The notes below the pieces were generated by a model. That model saw nothing but the letters and a program-made list of their open reading frames with translations. It made no database searches and was not told where the DNA came from. 64,000 nt of DNA, from positions 75,535 to 139,534 of the forward strand of contig DOAO01000007.1 of the NCBI GenBank assembly GCA_003504275.1. Direction: 5' to 3'. A program made the position numbers and the translations under genes. This DNA is from Patescibacteria group bacterium. GTDB taxonomy: Bacteria > Patescibacteriota > Minisyncoccia > Phycocordibacterales > UBA12445. Within the stretch, counting starts at the first letter, position 1; each line of letters starts with the position of its first letter. Positions 27,953-36,566 of this stretch are shown piece by piece.

Positions 27953-28966
27953 ATGAAAAAGGAAAATAAAAATATTGATGAAAAATTAGATAGAGGAGAG
28001 ATAGCAATTTATCAAAATAAGGACAAGGGTGTTATCGTGGAGGCTAATCTTAAGGAGGATACTATTTGGCTTACACAAGCTCAAATAACAGACATTTTCG
28101 GAGTAGACAGAAGCGTCATAACTAAGCATATTCGTAATATATTTAAAGACGGGGAGCTAGAAGAAAAAAGCAATGTGCAAAAAATGCACATTGCTAATTC
28201 TGATAAATTGGTTAATTTTTATAACTTAGACATGATTCTCTCTGTTGGTTATAGGGTTAATTCTAAACAGGCAACACAGTTTAGGGTTTGGGCGACAAAG
28301 ACTCTCAAGGAACATATCATTAAGGGATACACGTTAAACAGTAAAAGATTGGAGGAGTTGAAGGGAAAGCAGTTAAACGAATTTGAACAAGCGATTGGCC
28401 TAATAAAAAAAACCATAGACACAAAGATTCTTTCTGGAGGAGAAGAGAGTGGTCTTTTGAAGGTCATTACCGAATACGCTAATTCCTGGTTACTCTTACA
28501 GAGATATGATGAAGATGGACTGACTCTACCAAGGAAGGTAAAAAAGCCTACTTTTTCTCTTAAATATGATTTTGCGCAATTGGCTATTTTTGATTTGAAG
28601 AGAGATTTAATGAAGAAGGGAAACGCAAGTGAGCTTTTTGGTACCGAAAGGTCAAGTCTTCAGGGTATAATAGGAAATATCTACCAAACTTTTGGTGGTT
28701 CTGAATTGTATTCAAGTATAGAAGAGAAAGCGGCTCATCTTCTTTACTTTGTTATCAAGGACCATCCTTTTGCTGACGGAAATAAACGTATAGGCTCTTT
28801 TTTGTTTATTGTTTTTCTTGCACAGAATAAACATCTTTTTAGAAAGAATGGGGATAAAAAAATAAATGACAACGCTCTTGTTGCGGTTGCTTTGCTTGTA
28901 GCCGAAAGTGAGCCTTCACACAAAGATACTTTAATAAAATTGATAACAAATTTAATTAGTGATTAA
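27953..28966 (+). CDS. RhuM-family (virulence RhuM) / Fic-DOC fusion protein
   Basis: N-terminal RhuM-like region (IWLTQAQITDIFGVDRSVITKHIRNIF...SVGYRVNSKQATQFRVWATKTL). C-terminal Fic motif HPFADGNKRIGS (HxFx[DE]GNKR). Confidence 0.65.
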   Translation: MKKENKNIDEKLDRGEIAIYQNKDKGVIVEANLKEDTIWLTQAQITDIFGVDRSVITKHIRNIFKDGELEEKSNVQKMHIANSDKLVNFYNLDMILSVGYRVNSKQATQFRVWATKTLKEHIIKGYTLNSKRLEELKGKQLNEFEQAIGLIKKTIDTKILSGGEESGLLKVITEYANSWLLLQRYDEDGLTLPRKVKKPTFSLKYDFAQLAIFDLKRDLMKKGNASELFGTERSSLQGIIGNIYQTFGGSELYSSIEEKAAHLLYFVIKDHPFADGNKRIGSFLFIVFLAQNKHLFRKNGDKKINDNALVAVALLVAESEPSHKDTLIKLITNLISD

Positions 28967-29834
28967 AGCCATGAAAAAGGGGCAATACAAAATAGGGGTG
29001 GCGGGGGTTGGGATGGTGGGTGTTCAGGCAGAAAGATGGTTCAAGTCAAAGGGATTTGAAGTTTTTGCTTATGATAAATTCAAAAATATTGGAAAAGAGG
29101 AAGATCTGCAGAAAGCCGATTTGATATTTTTGTGTTTACCTACTCCCCATAAGGATAAGGTTAATACGGGGGTGGATATTTCAGTATTTTTTGATTTTTT
29201 GAAGAAGTTTAAAGAACCAAAGATATTTGTAATCAAGTCCACCGTTCCGCCCGGAGCGACCGAGGCAATACAAAAGAAATTTCCCAAACACAAATTCTTA
29301 CATAGTCCGGAGTTTTTGACCGAAGCCACCGCTTGGAAAGATTTTTCAAAACCTGTATTTCAGCTTCTTGGATATACAGAAAAAAGTAAAGATGTGGCTC
29401 AGAATGTTTTAGATATTCTTCCAAGGTCTAAAAAAACAAATTTATTAATGAAGTCTTCTGAGACAGAGGTATTCAAATTTGCACGAAATGCATTCTTTGC
29501 TGTTAAGGTTGTTTTTGCTAATCAGATATATGATATTTGTAAATCTTTTGGCGGTGATTACGATATTATAAAAAATTTAATGCTTTCCGATCCTTGGATA
29601 GGAGGACATCATTTGGAGGTGATTCATAAAGGGTATAGGGGGTTTGGAGGTAAGTGTCTTCCAAAAGATCTCAAGACTTTCATAAAGGTATTTAAAACCA
29701 AAAAATTAAAGCCAGAATTATTTGAAGCGACCGATAGAATCAATGATGGTCTTATAAAAAAACAAAAACTCACAAAAACCTTGAATAAATATTGGTTGGG
29801 AAATTACAACGAGCCCGATTTAGTAAAATTTTAA
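28959..29834 (+). CDS. UDP-glucose/GDP-mannose dehydrogenase family protein, short form (N-terminal NAD-binding and central domains only)
   Basis: N-terminal KIGVAGVGMVGV Rossmann motif. GFGGKCLPKDL catalytic Cys region near the C-terminus. Ends ~100 aa earlier than canonical ~430-aa enzymes. Confidence 0.5.
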   Translation: MIKAMKKGQYKIGVAGVGMVGVQAERWFKSKGFEVFAYDKFKNIGKEEDLQKADLIFLCLPTPHKDKVNTGVDISVFFDFLKKFKEPKIFVIKSTVPPGATEAIQKKFPKHKFLHSPEFLTEATAWKDFSKPVFQLLGYTEKSKDVAQNVLDILPRSKKTNLLMKSSETEVFKFARNAFFAVKVVFANQIYDICKSFGGDYDIIKNLMLSDPWIGGHHLEVIHKGYRGFGGKCLPKDLKTFIKVFKTKKLKPELFEATDRINDGLIKKQKLTKTLNKYWLGNYNEPDLVKF

Positions 29835-29895
29835 ATTATAATAATGTTTTACTATGTCTACGTGGGCAGGTTAAGGATTAAGAATAATTATCCCG

Positions 29896-29989
29896 ATTGT
29901 CATTCCCGCAGATAGAAAATTTAGAAAGAGGCTCAACCTCCTAAAAAAGAGGTTGAGCCTCTAATTTTCTATCTGCGGGAATGACGATG
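29896..29989. repeat. nested palindromic MITE/REP-like element (outer inverted repeat GTCATTCCCGCAGATAGAAAATT, inner 13-bp-stem hairpin GAGGCTCAACCTC...GAGGTTGAGCCTC)
   Basis: Perfect 23-bp outer inverted repeats at 29899-29921 and 29964-29986 enclose a conserved inner hairpin. The same inner hairpin recurs at ~32925-32960. Confidence 0.65.
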
Positions 29990-30111
29990 CAATAAAAATA
30001 GACCACATTATATTTTTTAGAAAACATTTAATTTTGTCTCTAATAATGCTATATTACTTTAGATAAAAAGAGTTTCTTTTTTGAGTTAAATTAAAAATTA
30101 AAAACAAGAGA

Positions 30112-32304
30112 ATGAGTAATATAAGCACAGAAAAGCTTCTTAAAAACGCAATTATCGGCGGATTATTTTTAATTCCTTTTTTGCCTTTCATTGTGTCCGG
30201 TTCATTGTTCTTTCCGTTTATAACAGGGAAGAATTTTGCATTTCGTATAATTATAGAAATAGTTTTTGCTCTTTGGCTTGCTCTTATTATTTTTGATAGA
30301 AATTATTTACCAAAGAAGAGTGATATTATTATCTCAGTTCTTTCTTTTGTTGGAATAATTGCACTAGCTGATTTTTTGGGAGTAAATTCATTCAAGAGCT
30401 TCTGGTCAAATTACGAAAGAATGGAGGGACTGGTTTCCTTGTTACACGTTCTGGCATATTTCATTCTTCTTGTTTCTGTTTTTAATGAAAAAATTTGGAA
30501 ATATTTTTTTAATACGATACTTGTTTCCGGAATAGGCCTCTACGCAGTAGGGACTCTTCAGCTTATGGGAAAGGTGGCGATACATCAGAGTGGTACCAGA
30601 TTAGATGCTACTTTTGGAAACTCGTCATACTTTGCTGTTTATATGCTTTTTCTAGCATTCTTGGGCGCTCTATTTTTCTTTAGAAATAAGATTGAAAATA
30701 ATTTTTATTCTTGGTTTTATGGTTTTGTTTCCCTCTTCGCTGTATTTATGTTGGCGCAGACAGCTACTAGAGGTACTGCTATCGGCCTTGTAATGGGTGT
30801 TATTGTTTCATCTGCTATTCTCGTGTGGCAGGGAGATGAGACGCAAAAAAAGATAGCTAAATATATTATTGGTGGAATAGCGGGGGTTATTCTTCTTTTC
30901 TTTTTTGTTAAAGAAATTCCTGCAATAAAAAGTCACCCTATCTTAGGGCGATTTGCTGAACTCTCTGTTACAAGCATAATGAACCAACCTAGATATATGG
31001 TTTGGAATATGGCATATCAGGGTTTTAAGGAAAGACCTATTCTTGGATGGGGTCAGGAGAATTTTAATGTTGTTTTCAACAAAAATTATGAGCCGAAAAT
31101 GTATTCTCAAGAACCTTGGTTTGATAGGGCGCATAATGTTTTCTTCGATTGGTTGATTGCGGGTGGGATTTTAGGATTGTTGTCTTATCTCTCTATATTT
31201 TTCTTTTCAATTCGTGCTATTTGGAATAACAAGAAGACAAAAAAACTGTCTCTCCTGGATAGATCTATTCTCACAGGTCTTCTTACTGGATACTTTATTC
31301 ATAATTTTTTCGTTTTCGATAATCTTTTGAGCTACGTGATGTTCTTTGCGGTTATTGCATATATATGTCACGAATCAGGTGGAATAGCTGTAAAGAGCAA
31401 GGAGAAACCAGTATCCCTTATTAAAGATGAGCTTTGGGTTTATGTAGCGGTTTCAGTCATTATTGTGTCTGTTTCAATGTGTTTGTATTTTGTAAACATT
31501 AAACCGATAATGGCCTCTAGGACTTTAATCAAGGCTCTATCCTCAAGGACCATTAATGAAACTTCTGATTATTTCAAAAAAGCTATTTCATACAACACAT
31601 TTGGCACCACAGAATCAAGGGAGCAATTAGTACAAAGATCAATGTCTATTTCTAGGTCCAGCGAAATAGATGCAACAACAAAACAATCTTTCTTTTTACT
31701 TGCGAGAGAAGAGATGAATAAGCAGATAGAGCTTTTCCCGTCAGATGCAAGGTATAGAGTTTTTCAGGGGGCATTATATTCAACCTATGGATTTCTTGAT
31801 GACGCCATAAGGGAGTTTGTGTCTGCTAACGAGCTCTCTCCCAGAAAACAAAATATTATGTTTGAGCTAGTTTCTGCTCTATTGAATAAGGGAGATTATG
31901 CTAACGCGCTTGTTATTGCGGAAAAAACTTTCAGATTAGAAGAAACTTATATTGATGCCAGGAAAATTTATGCGGTAACCCTTATTTATAATAAGGAGTT
32001 TAATAAGGCAGAAGAATTACTCGCTGAAGTTTATGGAGAAGGGGTGATTGTTGTAGATGACCGTATAATAAATGCCTATGCTGCAACAAAACAATACAAG
32101 AAGATAATTGAGATATGGAAAAAGAGAATTGAGTCAGAACCAACAAATGCTCAGTATCATGTATATCTGTCTGCTAGTTATTTGGCTGATGGTCAGAGAA
32201 CTAATTCAATCTCTGAACTTAGAAAAGCAGTGGAGCTCAATCCTCCATTTGCGCCTCAGGCTGAAATATATATAAAGGAAATAAAGGCCGGTAGGAATCC
32301 TTAA
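30112..32304 (+). CDS. O-antigen ligase (Wzy_C)-like polytopic membrane protein with C-terminal TPR repeats
   Basis: Multi-TM N-terminal region with a loop (ATRGTAIGLVMGVI) typical of O-antigen ligase-like proteins. C-terminal ~250 aa are TPR-like. Confidence 0.55.
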   Translation: MSNISTEKLLKNAIIGGLFLIPFLPFIVSGSLFFPFITGKNFAFRIIIEIVFALWLALIIFDRNYLPKKSDIIISVLSFVGIIALADFLGVNSFKSFWSNYERMEGLVSLLHVLAYFILLVSVFNEKIWKYFFNTILVSGIGLYAVGTLQLMGKVAIHQSGTRLDATFGNSSYFAVYMLFLAFLGALFFFRNKIENNFYSWFYGFVSLFAVFMLAQTATRGTAIGLVMGVIVSSAILVWQGDETQKKIAKYIIGGIAGVILLFFFVKEIPAIKSHPILGRFAELSVTSIMNQPRYMVWNMAYQGFKERPILGWGQENFNVVFNKNYEPKMYSQEPWFDRAHNVFFDWLIAGGILGLLSYLSIFFFSIRAIWNNKKTKKLSLLDRSILTGLLTGYFIHNFFVFDNLLSYVMFFAVIAYICHESGGIAVKSKEKPVSLIKDELWVYVAVSVIIVSVSMCLYFVNIKPIMASRTLIKALSSRTINETSDYFKKAISYNTFGTTESREQLVQRSMSISRSSEIDATTKQSFFLLAREEMNKQIELFPSDARYRVFQGALYSTYGFLDDAIREFVSANELSPRKQNIMFELVSALLNKGDYANALVIAEKTFRLEETYIDARKIYAVTLIYNKEFNKAEELLAEVYGEGVIVVDDRIINAYAATKQYKKIIEIWKKRIESEPTNAQYHVYLSASYLADGQRTNSISELRKAVELNPPFAPQAEIYIKEIKAGRNP

Positions 32305-32404
32305 AAAATATTTGCTGTAAATAAGCTGTTTTGGTAATATATAGGAGTGAGCGTTGTTCAATAATAATTATTTTATTTGAACTGCACTTCATTAAGCAAG
32401 TACA

Positions 32405-32441
32405 AGCGCAAAACCCCCGAAAGGGGGTTTTGCGTTTTTTT
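32405..32441 (+). terminator. rho-independent terminator
   Basis: GCAAAACCCCC-GAAA-GGGGGTTTTGC followed by T8. Confidence 0.7.
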
Positions 32442-32769
32442 TGTGGAATTGATAAAATTATAGGTAGATCTTTTGTTTAGTTAAGGTTGGCGGAACGCTC
32501 ACATCTTTTGTACTTGTGGAGTTTGTTTCCGCCAACTTTAAGTAGATGAAAACTTGTCCGCCAAAATTTTTATATAATAAATAAAATTGTGCGGTAATAT
32601 TTTAAATAGGTATTAATTTATTTTATCGTTGAAATTGATTGTATAAAAATTTAGGAGGATGAATTTTAAAAAAAAACGAGAGCAATCTCGTTTTTTTCTT
32701 GCCCCGTTAGAAGTTCTCCATTCGGATTAATGCGATTCCCGTCAGAATGACAGTCTCGTCGGGTCAGCA

Positions 32770-32995
32770 TCCACTCGCCACCGTCTTTGCGAGACCGAAG
32801 GTCGTGGCAATCCAGAAAGTATTATGAACAATCTGGATTGCTTCAAGCTTCGCTTTCGCAAAGACGATAAGAAATATTTTTTGTAAATTATTTTTCGCTG
32901 TCTTTGCGAGATTTAAAAATTTTAGAAGCTCAACCTCCTAAAAAAGAGGTTGAGCTTCTTTTTAAAAAATTTTTAAATCTCGAAATGACGACAAG
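32770..32995. repeat. two adjacent nested palindromic elements of the same family as 29896-29989 and 8377-8515
   Basis: Inverted repeat GTCTTTGCGA...TCGCAAAGAC enclosing GCAATCCAGA...TCTGGATTGC. Then inverted repeat CGAGATTTAAAAATTTT enclosing the AGCTCAACCTCCTAAAAAAGAGGTTGAGCT hairpin. Confidence 0.55.
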
Positions 32996-33162
32996 AAATA
33001 TTTTTTATTTTATTTTTTTAAAGTTATCCACATATTTTTTATTTTTTTTATTACAAAAAATTTTTTTATGTGAGATAATTAAATTATTAGAGCAACATCA
33101 TCACAAGAATTTTTATTTAAAAAGGTCGGATGTTGTCTCCAAGCAAAAAAAAGAAAAATAAA

Positions 33163-33249
33163 ATGGCAGCAAAAAAGAAAGCAAAGAAAGTAGTAAAGAA
33201 AGCAGTAAAGAAAGTTGCAAAGAAGAAAGTTGCAAAGAAGAAGAAATAG
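33163..33249 (+). CDS. candidate small ORF encoding a 28-aa Lys/Ala/Val-rich basic peptide (MAAKKKAKKVVKKAVKKVAKKKVAKKKK)
   Basis: ATG-initiated ORF immediately followed by a strong terminator. Below the 60-aa ORF-track cutoff. No clear SD, so tentative. Confidence 0.3.
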   Translation: MAAKKKAKKVVKKAVKKVAKKKVAKKKK

Positions 33250-33258
33250 TTTTTAACA

Positions 33259-33295
33259 AAAAGAAAACCCTCCTAATCGGAGGGTTTTCTTTTTG
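33259..33295 (+). terminator. rho-independent terminator
   Basis: AAAACCCTCC-TAATC-GGAGGGTTTT followed by CTTTTTG. Confidence 0.65.
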
Positions 33296-33405
33296 TTTAA
33301 TTTCACAATTTGCAAATTATATTCCGGCCTAGATTTTTTCTGTTATTTTGCTCTCAAATGAGCTAGTATAATTAAATAGCTTTTATTTATCCTAAACACT
33401 AAATC

Positions 33406-35904
33406 ATGTATATATTAGATAAAATATTTGGAAGCAGAAACGACAAGGAAATAAAGAATATGGGGCCCATTGTAGAAAAAGTGGCCTCTTTTGGCGATTC
33501 CTTAAAAACACTTTCCGACGAGCAACTTTCTTTAAAAACAAAAGATTTTAGGGAGAGGATTGCTAAGGGGGAAACCTTAAACGATATTTTGCCCGAAGCT
33601 TTTGCTGTAGTGAGAGAGGTTTCAACAAGATTGTTAAATCAGAGACATTACGATGTTCAGATAATGGGTGGTATTGTTTTGCATGAAGGTAAAATTGCAG
33701 AAATGAGAACGGGAGAAGGAAAGACACTCGTCGCAACCTTACCTGCTTATCTGAATGCACTTGCGGGACACGTTCATGTCGTAACAGTAAATGATTATCT
33801 TGCGAGAAGAGACTCTGTGTGGATGGGACAGATATATTCTTTTTTGGGACTTTCTGTTTCTGTTATAAATCACGAGTCTTCTTATTTGTATGATCCAAAA
33901 CATAGTGAGGCGGACAAAGAAAGAGATGAGCTCGGGTCTTTTAAAATTGTTTATGAATTTTTGAGACCGTGTACAAGAAGAGAAGCATACTTGGCTGATA
34001 TTGTTTATGGAACAAATCACGAATTTGGTTTTGATTATTTGCGTGACAATATTGCATACGAGGAAAGAAACATAGTTCAGAGCTTTGGTGATTTTTCTGA
34101 AAAGTCTGCCTATAATTTTGCAATCATAGATGAGGTTGACTCTATTTTGATAGATGAATCAAGAACGCCTCTTATTATTTCTGCCCCGGCTGGTGAATCA
34201 GAAGACCTTTATGCAACTTTTGCAAAGATAGCATCATCCATGAATGAAGTTGAAGATTATGCAATAGACGAAAAGCTTAAGGCAATAACTTTAACAGATG
34301 CAGGTATTACAAAAGCGGAAAAAGCTCTTGGTGTTTCAAATATATATACAGAAGGAGGTGTAAAATTTGTACACCACCTAGAATCAGCTGTTAAGGCGAA
34401 GGCTTTGTTTACGCTGGATAAGGACTATGTCGTTAAGAATGGCGAAGTCATAATCGTTGACGAATTTACAGGAAGACTTCAGCCTGGGAGGCGCTGGTCT
34501 GACGGTCTCCATCAAGCAATAGAGGCGAAAGAGGGTGCACGTGTGCAAAAGGAATCAAAGACGATGGCCACCATCACTATTCAGAATTATTTTAGAATGT
34601 ATCAGAAATTATCCGGAATGACCGGAACAGCGCTTACTTCCGCTGAGGAATTTTTGAGTGTATATAATTTAGACACGATAGCAATTCCTCCAAATAAAAT
34701 AAGTAAAAGAAAAGATGTTGACGACCTCGTTTTTCAAAGTGAAGAGGGCAAGATAAAAGCGATTACTGCTAAAATAAAAGAGCTAAACAAGAAGGGTCAG
34801 CCTGTACTTGTTGGTACTGTTTCTATAGAGAAAAATGAAGTGCTTTCTAAATATTTAGAAAGAGAGGGTATTAAGCATAGTGTTCTTAACGCCAAGAATC
34901 ATGAGAAAGAAGGAGAAATTGTTGCCGAGGCCGGTAAAAAGGGTAGTGTCGTTATCGCAACCAACATGGCTGGAAGAGGTGTTGATATCAAGCTTGGTGG
35001 TCCAATGGCTAATAAGGAAGAAATGGAAGAGATCAGGGGGCTTGGAGGGCTATTTGTACTTGGTACAGAAAGGCACGATGCCAGAAGAATTGATAATCAA
35101 TTAAGGGGAAGAAGCGGAAGACAGGGTGATGAAGGGGAAACTCAATTTTTTGTTTCTCTGGAGGATCCTTTGATAAGAATCTTCGCTTCAGACATGGTAA
35201 AGAATATGATGGGTAGGCTTGGTATACCAGAAGATGAAGCTATACAAAATAGGCTTGTTACAAGATCTATAGAAAGCGCACAGACAAAGATTGAGGGGAT
35301 AAATTTTGACTCTAGAAAACATCTTCTTGAATATGACGATGTTATGAATATTCAAAGGAAGACTGTTTATGAAAAGAGGAGAAAAATACTTTTGGGTGAT
35401 AAAGAATATTTAGAATCATTCTTGAATGAAATATCAGCGGGAGATGAAGATGTCGCTAATTTTGTTAAAAAATTAAAGGAAGAATTAGGTGAGGATAATT
35501 TCTTTGCGTCATTAAAAATACTGTCACTTCAGGTTGTGGATATGATTTGGACCGATCATTTGGAGATGATGGATCACATGAGGTCTAGCGTCAGGTTGCG
35601 TGCTTATGGACAGAGAGACCCTTTGGTTGAATACAAGAAAGAGGGAATAAAGCTATTTAGAGAAATAGAAGACACCATAGCAGATAGTATAGTGAAACTT
35701 CTGCCTACGTTGCGGGGTAATAATGTAATGATGTCGTCTGACGGCGCTGAGTTAAAAGAAGTGCATGACTCCGCTAGTCTTGTTGGGAATTCCGAAGACG
35801 AGGATCATGCCAAAATGGAATCTGAAAAAGAGGTCGTCGGTAGAAACGAACCATGTCCTTGCGGGAGCGGAAAAAAGTACAAGAAGTGCTGTGGGAATAA
35901 ATAG
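33406..35904 (+). CDS. secA: preprotein translocase subunit SecA
   Basis: DEAD-like motor motifs (MRTGEGKT, DEVDSILIDE). C-terminal Zn-finger CPCGSGKKYKKCCG. 832 aa. Confidence 0.9.
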   Translation: MYILDKIFGSRNDKEIKNMGPIVEKVASFGDSLKTLSDEQLSLKTKDFRERIAKGETLNDILPEAFAVVREVSTRLLNQRHYDVQIMGGIVLHEGKIAEMRTGEGKTLVATLPAYLNALAGHVHVVTVNDYLARRDSVWMGQIYSFLGLSVSVINHESSYLYDPKHSEADKERDELGSFKIVYEFLRPCTRREAYLADIVYGTNHEFGFDYLRDNIAYEERNIVQSFGDFSEKSAYNFAIIDEVDSILIDESRTPLIISAPAGESEDLYATFAKIASSMNEVEDYAIDEKLKAITLTDAGITKAEKALGVSNIYTEGGVKFVHHLESAVKAKALFTLDKDYVVKNGEVIIVDEFTGRLQPGRRWSDGLHQAIEAKEGARVQKESKTMATITIQNYFRMYQKLSGMTGTALTSAEEFLSVYNLDTIAIPPNKISKRKDVDDLVFQSEEGKIKAITAKIKELNKKGQPVLVGTVSIEKNEVLSKYLEREGIKHSVLNAKNHEKEGEIVAEAGKKGSVVIATNMAGRGVDIKLGGPMANKEEMEEIRGLGGLFVLGTERHDARRIDNQLRGRSGRQGDEGETQFFVSLEDPLIRIFASDMVKNMMGRLGIPEDEAIQNRLVTRSIESAQTKIEGINFDSRKHLLEYDDVMNIQRKTVYEKRRKILLGDKEYLESFLNEISAGDEDVANFVKKLKEELGEDNFFASLKILSLQVVDMIWTDHLEMMDHMRSSVRLRAYGQRDPLVEYKKEGIKLFREIEDTIADSIVKLLPTLRGNNVMMSSDGAELKEVHDSASLVGNSEDEDHAKMESEKEVVGRNEPCPCGSGKKYKKCCGNK

Positions 35905-35908
35905 AAAC

Positions 35909-36124
35909 ATGTTAAATATAAAATTGGGAAAATACGAGCATTATAAAGGAAAGCTCTATGAAGTGGTTGGAGTCGCCCGACATAGTGAGACTTTAGAGAG
36001 CATGGTTGTTTATAGACACTTGTCTGATGATGGTGGATTATGGGTTCGTCCAGCGAAAATGTTTGAGGAAATGATCAATATTGATGGTGATGTTGTGCCT
36101 CGTTTTAAATATATAGAAGAATAA
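35909..36124 (+). CDS. DUF1653-like small protein
   Basis: YEHYKGKLYEVVGVARHSETLESMVVYR. Start set at the ATG just after the secA stop rather than the overlapping ORF-track start at 35765. Confidence 0.45.
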   Translation: MLNIKLGKYEHYKGKLYEVVGVARHSETLESMVVYRHLSDDGGLWVRPAKMFEEMINIDGDVVPRFKYIEE

Positions 36125-36128
36125 GTTT

Positions 36129-36560
36129 ATGGAACATGTGGCGATAATGAAAAGATCTTGGAAGCACATAGAAAAAATCTTGAGTGGCGAGAAGAATATT
36201 GAATCGCGCTGGTATTCAATGAAATGTAGACCGTGGAATTTAATAAAAAAGGGAGAAAAGATTTATTTTAAAGATTCTGGTGGTGTAATTAGGATAAAAG
36301 CAGAGGTCAATAAAGTCTTACAGTTTGACGGTCTTGTTTCGAAAGAAGTGCAAGAAATATTAAATAAATACGGAAAAGATATCGGAATACAAAAAGATCA
36401 GAGTAAAGAATTTTTTGAAAGATTTAAAAATAAAAAATATTGCATACTTGTGTTTTTGAATAATATTACAGAAATTAAACCTTTTGATATAAATAAAACC
36501 GGATTTGGGATGATGTCAGCATGGATAACAGTAGACAGTATTTCAAAAATTAAAAAATAA
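36129..36560 (+). CDS. hypothetical protein, possible ASCH/PUA-like domain
   Basis: Small beta-rich protein with an ASCH-like N-terminus. Weak. Confidence 0.3.
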   Translation: MEHVAIMKRSWKHIEKILSGEKNIESRWYSMKCRPWNLIKKGEKIYFKDSGGVIRIKAEVNKVLQFDGLVSKEVQEILNKYGKDIGIQKDQSKEFFERFKNKKYCILVFLNNITEIKPFDINKTGFGMMSAWITVDSISKIKK

Positions 36561-36566
36561 TTTTTT

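Noticed and set aside
32904-33161. 85-aa ORF in the noncoding island
   Set aside because: Low-complexity F/L/K-rich translation that runs through a palindromic repeat copy and an AT-rich tract. It has no RBS and ends where the better-supported small basic ORF begins.
35765-35908. Upstream extension of the DUF1653 ORF overlapping the last 140 nt of secA
   Set aside because: An in-frame ATG sits at 35909 immediately after the secA stop. The extension would overlap the conserved secA C-terminal Zn finger in another frame.
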